Source: an uncultured Verrucomicrobiae bacterium
GTDB lineage: Bacteria; Verrucomicrobiota; Verrucomicrobiia; Chthoniobacterales; JAFAMB01
Assembly (NCBI GenBank): GCA_963837955.1
Contig: CAWIPH010000002.1
Location: 2,240,001 to 2,304,000, forward strand
Direction: 5' to 3'
Length of the DNA stretch: 64,000 nucleotides
How positions within the stretch are numbered: the first letter of the stretch is position 1; the number at the start of each line of letters is the position of its first letter. The notes below the pieces were generated by a model. It had not been told where the DNA came from. It was given only the letters and a program-made list of their open reading frames with translations, and did no database searches. Of the stretch, positions 29,159 through 38,898 are shown one piece after another. The position numbers and the translations under genes were made by a program.

Positions 29159-30427
29159 ATGAGGCAAAAACTAGGCTTGATTCTTCTGCTTCTGTTTGTC
29201 GGCTTAGACCTCCTCATCGGAGGAAGAATCCTCACGTCCGGACAGGCGGAGGACTCCGGTCAAGAGATCTCGGCACGCCTCGGTCTGTTCACCAGGGCCT
29301 TTCAGCTCATTCGCCAGGATTACGTCGACCCGGATAAGACAGACACGAGAGGTCTGGTGCACGCGGCGATCAAGCAGATGCTCGGAAGGTTGGACCCCCA
29401 CAGTATCTACCTCGAGGCCAGCGACTTCCAGGATTCGCAAGACGAGAACAAAGGGGAACTAACCGGGATCGGAATCGTGGTGTCGGCTCTCAACGGTTTC
29501 ATTACCATTGTGTCATCAGTCGAAGACGCTCCAGCGTTCAAGGCTGGGTTGATGGCAGGCGATCAAATCCTGGCGGTCAATGACGTGAATGTCGAGCGGA
29601 AGACGGTCGAAGATATTGCGCCGCTGCTGCGCGGAGGAGAAGGAACCGTAGTAAAACTTAAGGTTTTCCGGCCTGCGACCAAAGCCGGATGGGAAGTCTC
29701 GCTATCGCGTCAACTCTACAAAGTGACGAGCGTACGTGACGCGCATCTGTTAGATAGTTCGGCCGCGGCGGAACCGAAGATAGGCTATCTCCGGATCACA
29801 GAGTTTAACCAACCGACCGCGGTCGAGCTGGGAGAAAAAGTGGATGCGTTGCTCGATCAAGGCATGCGCGCGCTTATCCTTGACCTTCGATACAACCCGG
29901 GAGGTCTGCTCCAGAGCGCAATCGATACATGCGGTGTTTTTCTGCCACCGAGAACAATGGTCGTGTACACGGAAGGACGGGATCCGAGTACTCGTCAGGA
30001 GTATTTCACCGACGTTCGCAGCAAACAGCGGGGGGATTTTCCCGTAGCGTTGCTGGTGAACAGCGAAAGTGCTAGTGCCTCCGAAATCGTCGCTGCTGCG
30101 ATGAAAGATTGGCGGCGAGCAATTATCGTCGGCGAAACGACCTTTGGCAAAGGATTGGTCCAAGGTCAGTTTCAGTTACCGGATGGATCAGGGATGCGTT
30201 TAACCGTTTCGCGTTACTACACACCCGGTCGGGAGACGATTCAGGAAAAAGGGGTCGAGCCAGACATAGTAAGCATTATGAGCCGGGAAGACGAGCGAGC
30301 GTTATTGATCCGCCGTCGGGGCGCCTTTTCCAGCACTGCTGAAAAAGAATCAGCATTGCACGCGCACGATTCACAACTCGAACGCGCGGTGGACGCCCTG
30401 AAGGGGTTGCTATTCTACTCGGGATAG
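29159..30427 (+). CDS. S41 carboxyl-terminal processing protease
   Basis: LDPHS, GIGI PDZ, LDLRYNPGG, SASASEI, TFGKG.VQ. Confidence 0.92.
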   Translation: MRQKLGLILLLLFVGLDLLIGGRILTSGQAEDSGQEISARLGLFTRAFQLIRQDYVDPDKTDTRGLVHAAIKQMLGRLDPHSIYLEASDFQDSQDENKGELTGIGIVVSALNGFITIVSSVEDAPAFKAGLMAGDQILAVNDVNVERKTVEDIAPLLRGGEGTVVKLKVFRPATKAGWEVSLSRQLYKVTSVRDAHLLDSSAAAEPKIGYLRITEFNQPTAVELGEKVDALLDQGMRALILDLRYNPGGLLQSAIDTCGVFLPPRTMVVYTEGRDPSTRQEYFTDVRSKQRGDFPVALLVNSESASASEIVAAAMKDWRRAIIVGETTFGKGLVQGQFQLPDGSGMRLTVSRYYTPGRETIQEKGVEPDIVSIMSREDERALLIRRRGAFSSTAEKESALHAHDSQLERAVDALKGLLFYSG

Positions 30428-30830
30428 TTGGGAACGCGCGGGAGCGCCGAGAACGCCGGGAACGCCGGGAACCGTCCCGGAGGGACGCAATGAAAGTAGC
30501 CCAGTACGAAGTGCTGGGGTGGCGTTAAAAAAACGACCCGTCCCGGACGGGACGATCGACGGCTGCTCGCTGGTGAAGCCGCATAGGAGAGGACCAGGAG
30601 CCAAAACACTTCTATCGTCCCTGACGGGACGGACGTCTCTTTTTGCATTATTTCCCAGCACTTCGTACTGGGCTACTTTCATTGCGTCCCTCCGGGACAG
30701 TTCCCGGCGCTCCCGCGCGTTCCCGGCGTTCCCGCGCGTTCCCGGCGTTCCCGCGCGTTCCCGGCGTTCCCGTGCGTTCCCGGCGCTCCCGGCGTTCCCG
30801 CGCGTTCCCGGCGTTCCCGCGCGCTCCTAC
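30428..30830. repeat. GGGAACGC-armed element enclosing a GTCCCGGAGGGAC / GTAGCCCAG REP doublet
   Basis: Arms as at 11521 and 33540; core homologous to 60729-60958. Confidence 0.85.
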
Positions 30831-31783
30831 CTCCGGGACAGAACAATAAGGGCGACCGCTCCGACGATCCCGCAGGCTCCAATAATCGTGGTGCCACCGA
30901 TCGGTTCAGCACCGAGGAGCCAGCCAAGGAAGACGGCGACAGCCGGATTGACGAATGCGTAGGTGCCAACCAGCGCTGGCGACGCTACCCGGACAAGCCA
31001 GACATAAGCACTGTAGCCGATGACTGCACCGATAGTAACCAGGTAAACCCAAGCCAGGAGCGAACGCTGACTGATCGATTCCAAGTGGAGCGAGCCTGGC
31101 TCTCCAGTAAGCACGGAGGCTAGAAACAGCAGGACGCCACCCGTGAACATTTGTAGACCGATGTTCAAGACAGCCGAGTCAGCGCGCTGCGCTCGGCGGG
31201 CGTACAGGGAACCAAACGACCAGATGACGCAACCGACAAGGATCACGATGACCCCTAGTAAGTGTTGTCCGGGCGATGCCTGGCCCGTGCTGGTGGCTCC
31301 GTGAGCGAGTACGCCGACACCGGCTACGCCGAGTGCCATCGCGAAGAAAATCGAGATAGCGGGGCGTCCAGTGATTCCGGCGAACCAGGCAAAGAGCGTT
31401 ATAAAGATCGGCACACAACCGACCAGCAAGGCTGTCTCTCCGGAGGGCACATATCGCTCAGCGAAAGTCACCGAACCGTTTCCGCCGAGTATCAAACAAC
31501 TGCCGACGATCAATGCGTCTCGCCAAACGGCGACACCTGGCCAACGTGCGCCGCGGAACCATGCTACTGCGATCATGATCAACCCAGCAGCCGTAAAACG
31601 GGAGCCAGCCATGAAAAATGGTGGCGTCGACTCAATCGCAAAACGGATGCCGAGATAGGTTGAACCCCAGACAAGGTAGACCGTGATCAGCGCTAAGCAG
31701 ATCAATCCGCGCGAAGGCGGATTTTGCGCTGCTGATTCCGGCCGGGCTTTATTATCTTCGGAGCAAGTCGCCGCCGAGCTCAT
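30827..31783 (-). CDS. EamA/DMT transporter (YedA-like)
   Basis: VYLVWGSTYLGI, GGNG, YAFVNPAVAVFLG. Confidence 0.9.
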   Translation of the reverse strand: MSSAATCSEDNKARPESAAQNPPSRGLICLALITVYLVWGSTYLGIRFAIESTPPFFMAGSRFTAAGLIMIAVAWFRGARWPGVAVWRDALIVGSCLILGGNGSVTFAERYVPSGETALLVGCVPIFITLFAWFAGITGRPAISIFFAMALGVAGVGVLAHGATSTGQASPGQHLLGVIVILVGCVIWSFGSLYARRAQRADSAVLNIGLQMFTGGVLLFLASVLTGEPGSLHLESISQRSLLAWVYLVTIGAVIGYSAYVWLVRVASPALVGTYAFVNPAVAVFLGWLLGAEPIGGTTIIGACGIVGAVALIVLSRR

Positions 31784-31986
31784 CGGGAACCGTATGAGGA
31801 TCTGTTTGTGAGCCGGGAAAATTCCGTCCGCTCGTTTCGGATCAAAGAGAACCGGATAGCCTGCAAACGCCAGAGTGAGCCAAGAGAAGAGTGCACGCGA
31901 TAACATGGTCGGGACGCACGTCGTTGTCGCGCAGTTTTCGGCCAAATAATTTTTTTGGGATAGATAAGCTTGTCTGGTAAGGCGAA

Positions 31987-32170
31987 GTAGCCTGATCCTC
32001 CCGGCTCAGGAACCGAGGGTGCCGCGATTGTGGGAAGTGATTGGTGTCGGTGAGAGGTGAGAGGGCGCTGAGAGATTTCTGCCGAGAGTTTGCCGATAGG
32101 CATCCACCAATCAGTCCTCACTGATCACGTCTCACAATTGCGTTACCCTGAGGCTGGAGCATCAGGCTAC
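31987..32170. repeat. GTAGCCTGAT...ATCAGGCTAC REP element
   Basis: Homologue of 22967-23210. Confidence 0.8.
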
Positions 32171-32217
32171 GAAGCAGTGCCTTGAGCCGCGGTCCGCCGG
32201 AAGCTAACGTCGCGGGC

Positions 32218-33504
32218 ATGGATTTCATTTTCAGGCACGCCAATCTTCCGGACGGTCGTTCGAATTTTGATATTGGAATCGCCGGTGACCGCATCGTCGC
32301 GTTGGAGCAGGGCCTGGCTGCAAGTGGTGCGACCGAAGTGGACGTCACTGGTCGCCTGGTGTCTCCGCCGTTCGTGGATGCCCATTTTCATCTGGATGCC
32401 GCGCTCTCTTTGGGGTTACCGCGCCTCAATCGATCCGGAACATTGTTGGAAGGCATTTCTTTATGGGGCGAACTGAAGCCCCAGCTCACAGCCGACGCGG
32501 TGGTCAAGCGCGCTTTGGCTTATTGCGACATGGCTGTCGCTCAAGGTTTGCTGGCGATCAGGAGTCATGTCGACGTTTGTGATGAGCGTTTGCTGGCAGT
32601 GGAAGCGTTACTCGAAGTAAAACGGAAAGTCGCGTCATACCTCGATCTTCAGCTAGTGGCGTTTCCGCAGGACGGGTTGTATCGATCGCCAGGTGCAGAA
32701 AAGAATTTGCTTCGAGCGTTGGATCTTGGGGTTGAGGTGGTCGGCGGTATTCCACATTTCGAGCGAACGATGGCTGATGGCACTGCTTCGGTGCGCCGGC
32801 TCTGCGAAATTGCAGCCGAGCGCGGTCTTCGGGTCGATTTGCATTGCGACGAATCAGACGATCCACATTCGCGCCACATCGAGACGTTGGCAGCGGAGAC
32901 GCATCGGCTCAGATTAGGAGGTAGAGTCGCCGGGTCGCATCTGACGTCGATGCATTCGATGGACAACTATTATGTTTCCAAGCTGCTTCCACTGATCGCC
33001 GAGGCTGGAGTTGCCGCGATCGCGAATCCCTTAATCAACATCACTTTGCAAGGTAGGCACGACAGTTATCCGAAACGACGCGGATTGACGCGTGTTCCGG
33101 AACTGATGGGAGCAGGGGTGACAGTTGCCTTTGGGCACGATTGCGTCATGGATCCTTGGTACTCGTTCGGCTCGGCTGACATGCTCGAAGTGGCGCATGT
33201 CGGACTACACATCGCGCAGATGACGTCGCGAGAAGCGGTTCAGTCCTGCTACGATGCGGTGACGACATACCCGGCGAAGATTCTCGGTCTGGAGCATTAC
33301 GGAATCGAGCCGGGATGCTACGCTGATCTGGTGTTGCTTCAGGCCTCTGATCCCTTTGAAGCAATCCGCCTTAAGGCAACCCGTTTATTAGTCATGCGCC
33401 GAGGGAAGATTATTGCGCATACCCCGGAAAAATGGACAACCCTCAGTCTGCCCGGCCGACCCCAGAAGATCGAACTGAATTTTGTGCCCGGATCGGTCCA
33501 GTGA
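32218..33504 (+). CDS. codA: Cytosine deaminase-like amidohydrolase
   Basis: PPFVDAHFHLD, VAFPQDG, GGIPH, HCDE, SHLTSM, GHDCVMDPWY. Confidence 0.88.
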   Translation: MDFIFRHANLPDGRSNFDIGIAGDRIVALEQGLAASGATEVDVTGRLVSPPFVDAHFHLDAALSLGLPRLNRSGTLLEGISLWGELKPQLTADAVVKRALAYCDMAVAQGLLAIRSHVDVCDERLLAVEALLEVKRKVASYLDLQLVAFPQDGLYRSPGAEKNLLRALDLGVEVVGGIPHFERTMADGTASVRRLCEIAAERGLRVDLHCDESDDPHSRHIETLAAETHRLRLGGRVAGSHLTSMHSMDNYYVSKLLPLIAEAGVAAIANPLINITLQGRHDSYPKRRGLTRVPELMGAGVTVAFGHDCVMDPWYSFGSADMLEVAHVGLHIAQMTSREAVQSCYDAVTTYPAKILGLEHYGIEPGCYADLVLLQASDPFEAIRLKATRLLVMRRGKIIAHTPEKWTTLSLPGRPQKIELNFVPGSVQ

Positions 33505-33534
33505 GTTGGTGACCGGCTGCCCATCACGTTGCAG

Positions 33535-33770
33535 GGAATAACGCCGGGAACGCCGAGAACGCCGAGAACGCGAGAATTGTTTGGAAGCCGTTTGCGACAG
33601 TTAGTTCGTGTCGCCGTCTTAGAAAGAATCTGTCGACAGGCGTTGCTGACTAGCGGCGATACGAGCGAGTGGGCGAGACGCTCTGGCGAAACGCCTTCGA
33701 ACAGCTCCCGTGCGTTCCCGGCGTTCGCGCGCGTTGCCGGCGTTGCCGGCGTTGCCGGCGTTCCCGGCGT
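33535..33770. repeat. GGGAACGC-armed element, same core as 11521-11843
   Basis: GAGAATTGTT.GGAAG..G..TGCGA..CGTGTCGCCGTCTT..CGTTGCTGAC..GATACGA shared. Confidence 0.82.
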
Positions 33771-34561
33771 TATTCCTCGCTAACCTTCTTCACGTGCGGT
33801 ACGTGAACGTTCTTAAAAATACAGGGGTAATGCGGCACGTGGAATAATTTGGCCGTTAACACCTTCCGATCGCTCGCGAGCACTTGAAAGAGCAAGACAG
33901 CGCACAGACTGCCGAGAGGTGGAGCAACCCAATAGAGCCATTGGTAAGACCAAAACCAGCTCACGAAAGAAGGACCGAAGCTGCGGGCCGGATTTAAGCT
34001 CGTTCCGGAGATCGGTGCTCCGATCCAAACGAGAGCCGCGACCAATATCCACGTCATCAGCGGAGTCCAGCGCATTAACCGCTCGCTGCTAAGGAACGCG
34101 AAGATGGCGAGCACGAGTGCCAGCGTCATGCCAAACTCGGCCAGAAAAACAAACCAAATGGGATAACCCAGCCCGGGAGCGGTCACGCCATCGTGCACGT
34201 TCGCGGCATGCTCACGCCAGACGAAGACGAGCAGCCAAGCGCCAATTGTTGCACCAACGAACTGAGCGACTAGATATCCCGCAAAATCGTGCGCGTGCAT
34301 TTTCCCGCGAGCAAAAAAAGCGATTGAGACCGAAGGGTTAATATGGGCGCCACTCAATTTACCGAGCGGTGAGATGGCGAAGAGAGAGCCGCTGCCGGCA
34401 AAGATTAAACCGGTGAGTAAAAGGCGGAGACTCTGCGACGGAATAAGATGGGCGACGGGAAAATCCGGACTGAAATTAAATACTCCGGCGCTGAGGCCGA
34501 CGAGTACGTTAAAACCGGTTCCGCACGCCTCGGCGGCATATTCGCTCAAGTTGGGTTTCAT
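33770..34561 (-). CDS. MIP/aquaporin-family channel
   Basis: SGAHINPS and SLNPARS motifs. Confidence 0.92.
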   Translation of the reverse strand: MKPNLSEYAAEACGTGFNVLVGLSAGVFNFSPDFPVAHLIPSQSLRLLLTGLIFAGSGSLFAISPLGKLSGAHINPSVSIAFFARGKMHAHDFAGYLVAQFVGATIGAWLLVFVWREHAANVHDGVTAPGLGYPIWFVFLAEFGMTLALVLAIFAFLSSERLMRWTPLMTWILVAALVWIGAPISGTSLNPARSFGPSFVSWFWSYQWLYWVAPPLGSLCAVLLFQVLASDRKVLTAKLFHVPHYPCIFKNVHVPHVKKVSEE

Positions 34562-34778
34562 TGAAGACGCAGCGGCGACTGTCCCATTACGTGCCGCGTC
34601 CTGCCAGATCTGAAAGCTGACACGAAGCGATTAATTCCGGACAACCACAAGCCGCAGTCGCCATCCGCGTTGAGAAAAGGCGGCGACCGCGCTTTTTCAA
34701 CCGGTTCGCTTTGACGCTTCGCGAGACTCTCGCAGATTAGGTCGCGTCGGCGCGTCGTTGGGACAGTCGCCGCGACCT

Positions 34779-35381
34779 ATGCGCAAATTGCTTCGTTGGG
34801 TTGGCATCTTAGTCATCTGTTTGGCCGTTCTGTGGCTACTATCGGCGGTGGTCCTCGTTACCAATGGCCTAAAGGAACGGGTAGAACAATCGGATGCCGC
34901 AGTCATTCTTGGTAACGAGGTTTACCTCAACGGCGAGCCTTCGCCTCAGCTCAAAGCGCGACTCGATCGCGCACTTGAACTATTTCGGCAACAGCTTTTC
35001 CGGACGATGGTTGTGAGTGGGGCAATCGAGAAGAATGGAACGGACGAGAGTCTGGGGATGCGTCAGTATCTGATGAACCACGGTGTTCCGGCGGAAGCGA
35101 TCATTCTCGATCCTCGCGGGTTCGATACCATGGATACCGCGGAGGACACGGTCGCTTTAATGATCCAGCATGGCTGGAAGCGAGTTATGGTGATCTCTCA
35201 GTATTTTCATCTGCCTCGTTGCCGGCTGGCCTTTAGGAAGGCAGGGATTGAAGACCCATACGCTAGTTATGCTCGCTACTTTAGCTGGCACGACCTATGG
35301 GCCATCACGCGCGAGCTGGTGGCTTATCCCGTATATTGGCTTGAGACACCGACCCAGCTGAGCCGGCAACATGCGACTTGA
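34779..35381 (+). CDS. YdcF/DUF218-family protein
   Basis: AVILG, RLD.A, VVSG, DT, SQYFHLPR, RE. Confidence 0.88.
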   Translation: MRKLLRWVGILVICLAVLWLLSAVVLVTNGLKERVEQSDAAVILGNEVYLNGEPSPQLKARLDRALELFRQQLFRTMVVSGAIEKNGTDESLGMRQYLMNHGVPAEAIILDPRGFDTMDTAEDTVALMIQHGWKRVMVISQYFHLPRCRLAFRKAGIEDPYASYARYFSWHDLWAITRELVAYPVYWLETPTQLSRQHAT

Positions 35382-35509
35382 GTGGACCGCGTGCCGCCAA
35401 GCAATAACTTTGGCGCGTATTCGCGCACATTCCCGGTTAATTGGCATTTTTATTGTAGTTGGGTCTTTCCTTTCCGGTTTATCGGGTTCGTTTAAAAAAG
35501 CCCATCGCG

Positions 35510-35690
35510 ACGGAGGGGAGCCGCTTGCGGCTCCCGGGAACGACCCACGATCCGGAGAGCAATTTTTGGATTCGATTCCTCGTTGGGCGCTGGATCTTTC
35601 CCGGCGTCGCACGTGTCTCGATGAAGCCTCCTCTGCAGGCCGGGCCATGCGGACAAAATTGGCGAAGTCGGAAGCAACGCCCCTCCGACC
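35510..35690. repeat. GGAGGGGAGCCGCTTGCGGCTCCC REP element
   Basis: Homologous to ~53880-54060. Confidence 0.8.
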
Positions 35691-35763
35691 GACGCTGGAT
35701 ACGACGGAATAGAGCTCGATCCCGAAACAAAACCGCAGGTGTAAAAATCCACCGAAACTAAAC

Positions 35764-35776
35764 GCAAATCATTTGC
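35764..35776. promoter_or_regulatory. Palindromic operator candidate GCAAAT-C-ATTTGC
   Basis: Perfect 6-1-6 palindrome ~47 bp upstream of the leader ORF. Confidence 0.5.
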
Positions 35777-35822
35777 AAAGACGTTTAGCCCTGCTTGAAT
35801 CTCCCTTGGATTCGTCCCAAAG

Positions 35823-36146
35823 ATGGACTCTCACTCAAGGAAGCAGTCGATACTTCATGCCGGTCTGACGCCGATACTCATCGTATCGATCCTCTGGGCA
35901 CTAACCCTGACAGTTTGCCCCGAGCTCCATGAGTGGGTGCACCCTGATGCCGATCACGAAGACCATGATTGTGCAGTCACGTTATTCGCAAATGGCGGAA
36001 TCCACTTTCTCACAGCCGATCTCCTTCACGTCGGGAAGCCCGCCAAGTGGCTTCTGCTCGACATTATCTGTCTCTGTTCCCAGGTCTTAGTCTCAGCTCA
36101 AACGGAACGCCTGATTCCGGGTCGTGGTCCGCCGCGAAGCTGGTAG
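35823..36146 (+). CDS. DUF2946/CruR-like leader protein with His/Cys cluster and C-terminal RGPP
   Basis: N-terminal TM, CPELHEWVHPDADHEDHDC, RGPP three residues before stop; upstream of TonB receptor. Confidence 0.78.
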   Translation: MDSHSRKQSILHAGLTPILIVSILWALTLTVCPELHEWVHPDADHEDHDCAVTLFANGGIHFLTADLLHVGKPAKWLLLDIICLCSQVLVSAQTERLIPGRGPPRSW

Positions 36147-36192
36147 GGATCAAGCCGAATAGGTCCTTTATCAGGGACGCTGAGCTCATAAC

Positions 36193-36352
36193 GGTAGGGC
36201 GAAAGCCTGATTCCGTCTCAGCGGGATCGGCTTGAGCCGTTCGTTTGGCCGGGAGCACCAAGGGTCGCTCGTGCATCCGGCTCAAACCCGGCGCGAAACC
36301 TCTCGGACACTGATGGCAACGCCTTCCGCCGCGCCGAGGTTTTCGCCCTACC
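36193..36352. repeat. GGTAGGGCGAAA REP doublet
   Basis: Terminal inverted repeats; homologue of 6488-6666. Confidence 0.8.
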
Positions 36353-36457
36353 GTGGTGGGTGAGTGGCGCCTAGAGGCCAACATCCTTTGAGCGAACCGC
36401 ATGGTGTAACGCCCGAAATTATTCCTAGTCCTTAACCCCGAATTTTGAAAAATTGAT

Positions 36458-38623
36458 ATGTTTAACCTTTATGATTCGTGCGCAACGATCCGAGAGAAAG
36501 TCGGGCGCACAGCTGTTCTTTTCGTTTCTTTAGTCATTCTTCCATTCGCAGCGTTCGGTCAGAACGCCGTTCCAACCGCATCTCCAGAAGCTAACCAAAC
36601 AACCACTCAGACGCTCGACCCCATCACCGTAGTGGGACAACTCAATGAGGATCGTGACCAGATTGTTCCGTACCTGGGCGCTACGAAGTATTCTATCGGT
36701 CAAGCCCAGATCCAGACTCAATCACAAGGCGATAACGCATCCTTCAATCAAGTAATCTTGCGGGCACCTGGTGTTTCGCAGGATTCTTTCGGCCAATTGC
36801 ACGTTCGCGACGAGCACGCCAATTTGCAGTTCCGGATCGACGACGTCTTAATCCCAGAAGGAATCACCGGTTTTGGCCAAGAGATCGATACGCGTTTGGT
36901 TGACAACGTGAATCTCATCACCGGATCATTGCCGGCGCAGTTTGGTTTTCGGACGACCGGTATCGTCGATATTCATACGAAAGAGGGGGCCGCACTGAAC
37001 GGCGGCGAGGTTTCGTTCTACGGCGGCTCGCATGGGACAATCAATCCCAGTTTTGAATTCGGGGGCGCGCAAGGTCAGTTCCACTATTTCGGTGTGGGCA
37101 GTTACAATTCGAACACTTTAGGGATCGAAGCTCCAACCAGCAGTCATCATCCCATTCACGACCAGACTAAGCAGTATAAGGGCTTTGGAGATTTCTCCTA
37201 TATCATTGACGAATCCAGTCGCATCACGCTGCTACTCAGCGGCACCTATTCGGACTTCCAGATCCCTAGTAACTCAGGCCAGGCTCCGGCATTTAGCCTG
37301 GCAAACGCGAACCCGAAGAAGTTTGACTCGAGAAATTTAGACGAAAATCAGCACGAGCAAAATCACTACCTGATTCTGGCTTACCAAAAGTCGTTCGACA
37401 CGGTCAGCCTGCAATTAGCGGTATTTTCGCGTTACAGCGAGACCTTGTTTACTCCCGATCAACAAGGTGACTTGATCTTTAATGGCATTGCCAGCCGAGT
37501 GGATCGAAGTCTCTTTGACAACGGCGTTCAGTTCGATGCCAGTTGGGCGGTGAATGATTGCAACGTACTTCGCGGTGGATTCCTACTCACCGTGGAAGCG
37601 GCCAGAGCATATACAACCAACCTTGTCTTTCCCGTTGATGCTACGGGTGCCCAAAGTTCTGATGTACCGACTTCGATCACGGATAACAGTAGAAAAACGG
37701 GGCTCGTCTATGGGTTTTATCTTCAGGATGAATGGAAGATATTCGAGCCACTAACCGTCAATTGTGGCGCGCGATTCGATGTCGTGGACGAATATGCGCA
37801 TGCCTATCAATTGAGCCCAAGAATTAACGTGGTCCTTCAAGCTACCAAGAGCACTACTATTCACGCAGGTTACGCCCGGTACTTCACACCTCCTCCGCTC
37901 GAGCTGGTTCAGAATTCTGACCTAGCTAAATTTGTCGGCACCACCAATCAGTCCGCAGTCCAGCAAAGCTCTTCGGTTAAGCCAGAAAGAGCGCACTACT
38001 TTGATGCCGGTATCACCGAACAGTTCACGAAATCGCTCTCTGTTGGTGTCGATGCGTATTACAAGGAAGCTCGAGATCTAATAGATGAAGGTCAGTTTGG
38101 CGCGGCTCTTATTTTCTCGCCGTTCAACTATGCTCACGGTAACCAGTACGGAGTCGACGTGACAGCGAATTATGTTCAGGGCGGCTTCAACGCGTACGCC
38201 AATTTTTCGTTTCAACGCGGCACGGGTAAACAAATAACCTCTGGTCAGTTCCTGTTTGCGCCCGACCGGTTAGCTTTTATCAAGAATCATTTTGTGTTTC
38301 TCGATCATGACCAGCGCTACACCGCGTCAGCTGGCGCGTCTTACACTTGTCGTGGTACGACCGTGTATGCCGACATGCTTTATGGCAATGGACTGCGCAG
38401 CGGGTTCGCGAATACCGACGAAGTGCCGGCCTACTACACTTTCAATATCGGACTCACGCACACGATCACCTTGCCCCGAGTGGGCAAGGTACAGTTGCGA
38501 TTCGACGTCGTGAACCTTTTTGACAAGGGGTACCAGATACGTACCGGATCGGGGATCGGAGTCTTTGCACCGCAATATGGCGCCCGGCGCGGATTCTTCG
38601 GTGGTGTCTCCTGGTTGTTCTAG
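36458..38623 (+). CDS. TonB-dependent receptor
   Basis: Signal peptide, TonB box LDPITVVG, plug APGV..HVR, SPR, PER, VVNLFDK.Y, C-terminal F. Confidence 0.92.
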   Translation: MFNLYDSCATIREKVGRTAVLFVSLVILPFAAFGQNAVPTASPEANQTTTQTLDPITVVGQLNEDRDQIVPYLGATKYSIGQAQIQTQSQGDNASFNQVILRAPGVSQDSFGQLHVRDEHANLQFRIDDVLIPEGITGFGQEIDTRLVDNVNLITGSLPAQFGFRTTGIVDIHTKEGAALNGGEVSFYGGSHGTINPSFEFGGAQGQFHYFGVGSYNSNTLGIEAPTSSHHPIHDQTKQYKGFGDFSYIIDESSRITLLLSGTYSDFQIPSNSGQAPAFSLANANPKKFDSRNLDENQHEQNHYLILAYQKSFDTVSLQLAVFSRYSETLFTPDQQGDLIFNGIASRVDRSLFDNGVQFDASWAVNDCNVLRGGFLLTVEAARAYTTNLVFPVDATGAQSSDVPTSITDNSRKTGLVYGFYLQDEWKIFEPLTVNCGARFDVVDEYAHAYQLSPRINVVLQATKSTTIHAGYARYFTPPPLELVQNSDLAKFVGTTNQSAVQQSSSVKPERAHYFDAGITEQFTKSLSVGVDAYYKEARDLIDEGQFGAALIFSPFNYAHGNQYGVDVTANYVQGGFNAYANFSFQRGTGKQITSGQFLFAPDRLAFIKNHFVFLDHDQRYTASAGASYTCRGTTVYADMLYGNGLRSGFANTDEVPAYYTFNIGLTHTITLPRVGKVQLRFDVVNLFDKGYQIRTGSGIGVFAPQYGARRGFFGGVSWLF

Positions 38624-38665
38624 AGAATGTAAACAAGTCGCTGCGATCGGGTGTTGTGTTCCTCG

Positions 38666-38820
38666 GTAGGGCGGATGCTCCAGCCTCCGGAATGCGGTGG
38701 GCAATTGGCGGCGCTCGATTCCGGAGCCAAAGGATCCGGACTACGCTACTTATGGGTCACATATGACGGGGAGGGCGCACGTCCTCGTGCGCCGTGGATC
38801 GCGAGGACGCGATCCCTCCA
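38666..38820. repeat. Two short REP hairpins (GTAGGGCGGATGCTCC..GGACTAC; GGAGGG..CCCTCC)
   Basis: Self-complementary; first resembles 10175-10197. Confidence 0.6.
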
Positions 38821-38898
38821 TTATGAGTTTCCTTAATTTCAAGCACGCTGTGCGACTTGCCCTTCGGATGGAAAAGGATCATCTAACAAGTGGTATCC

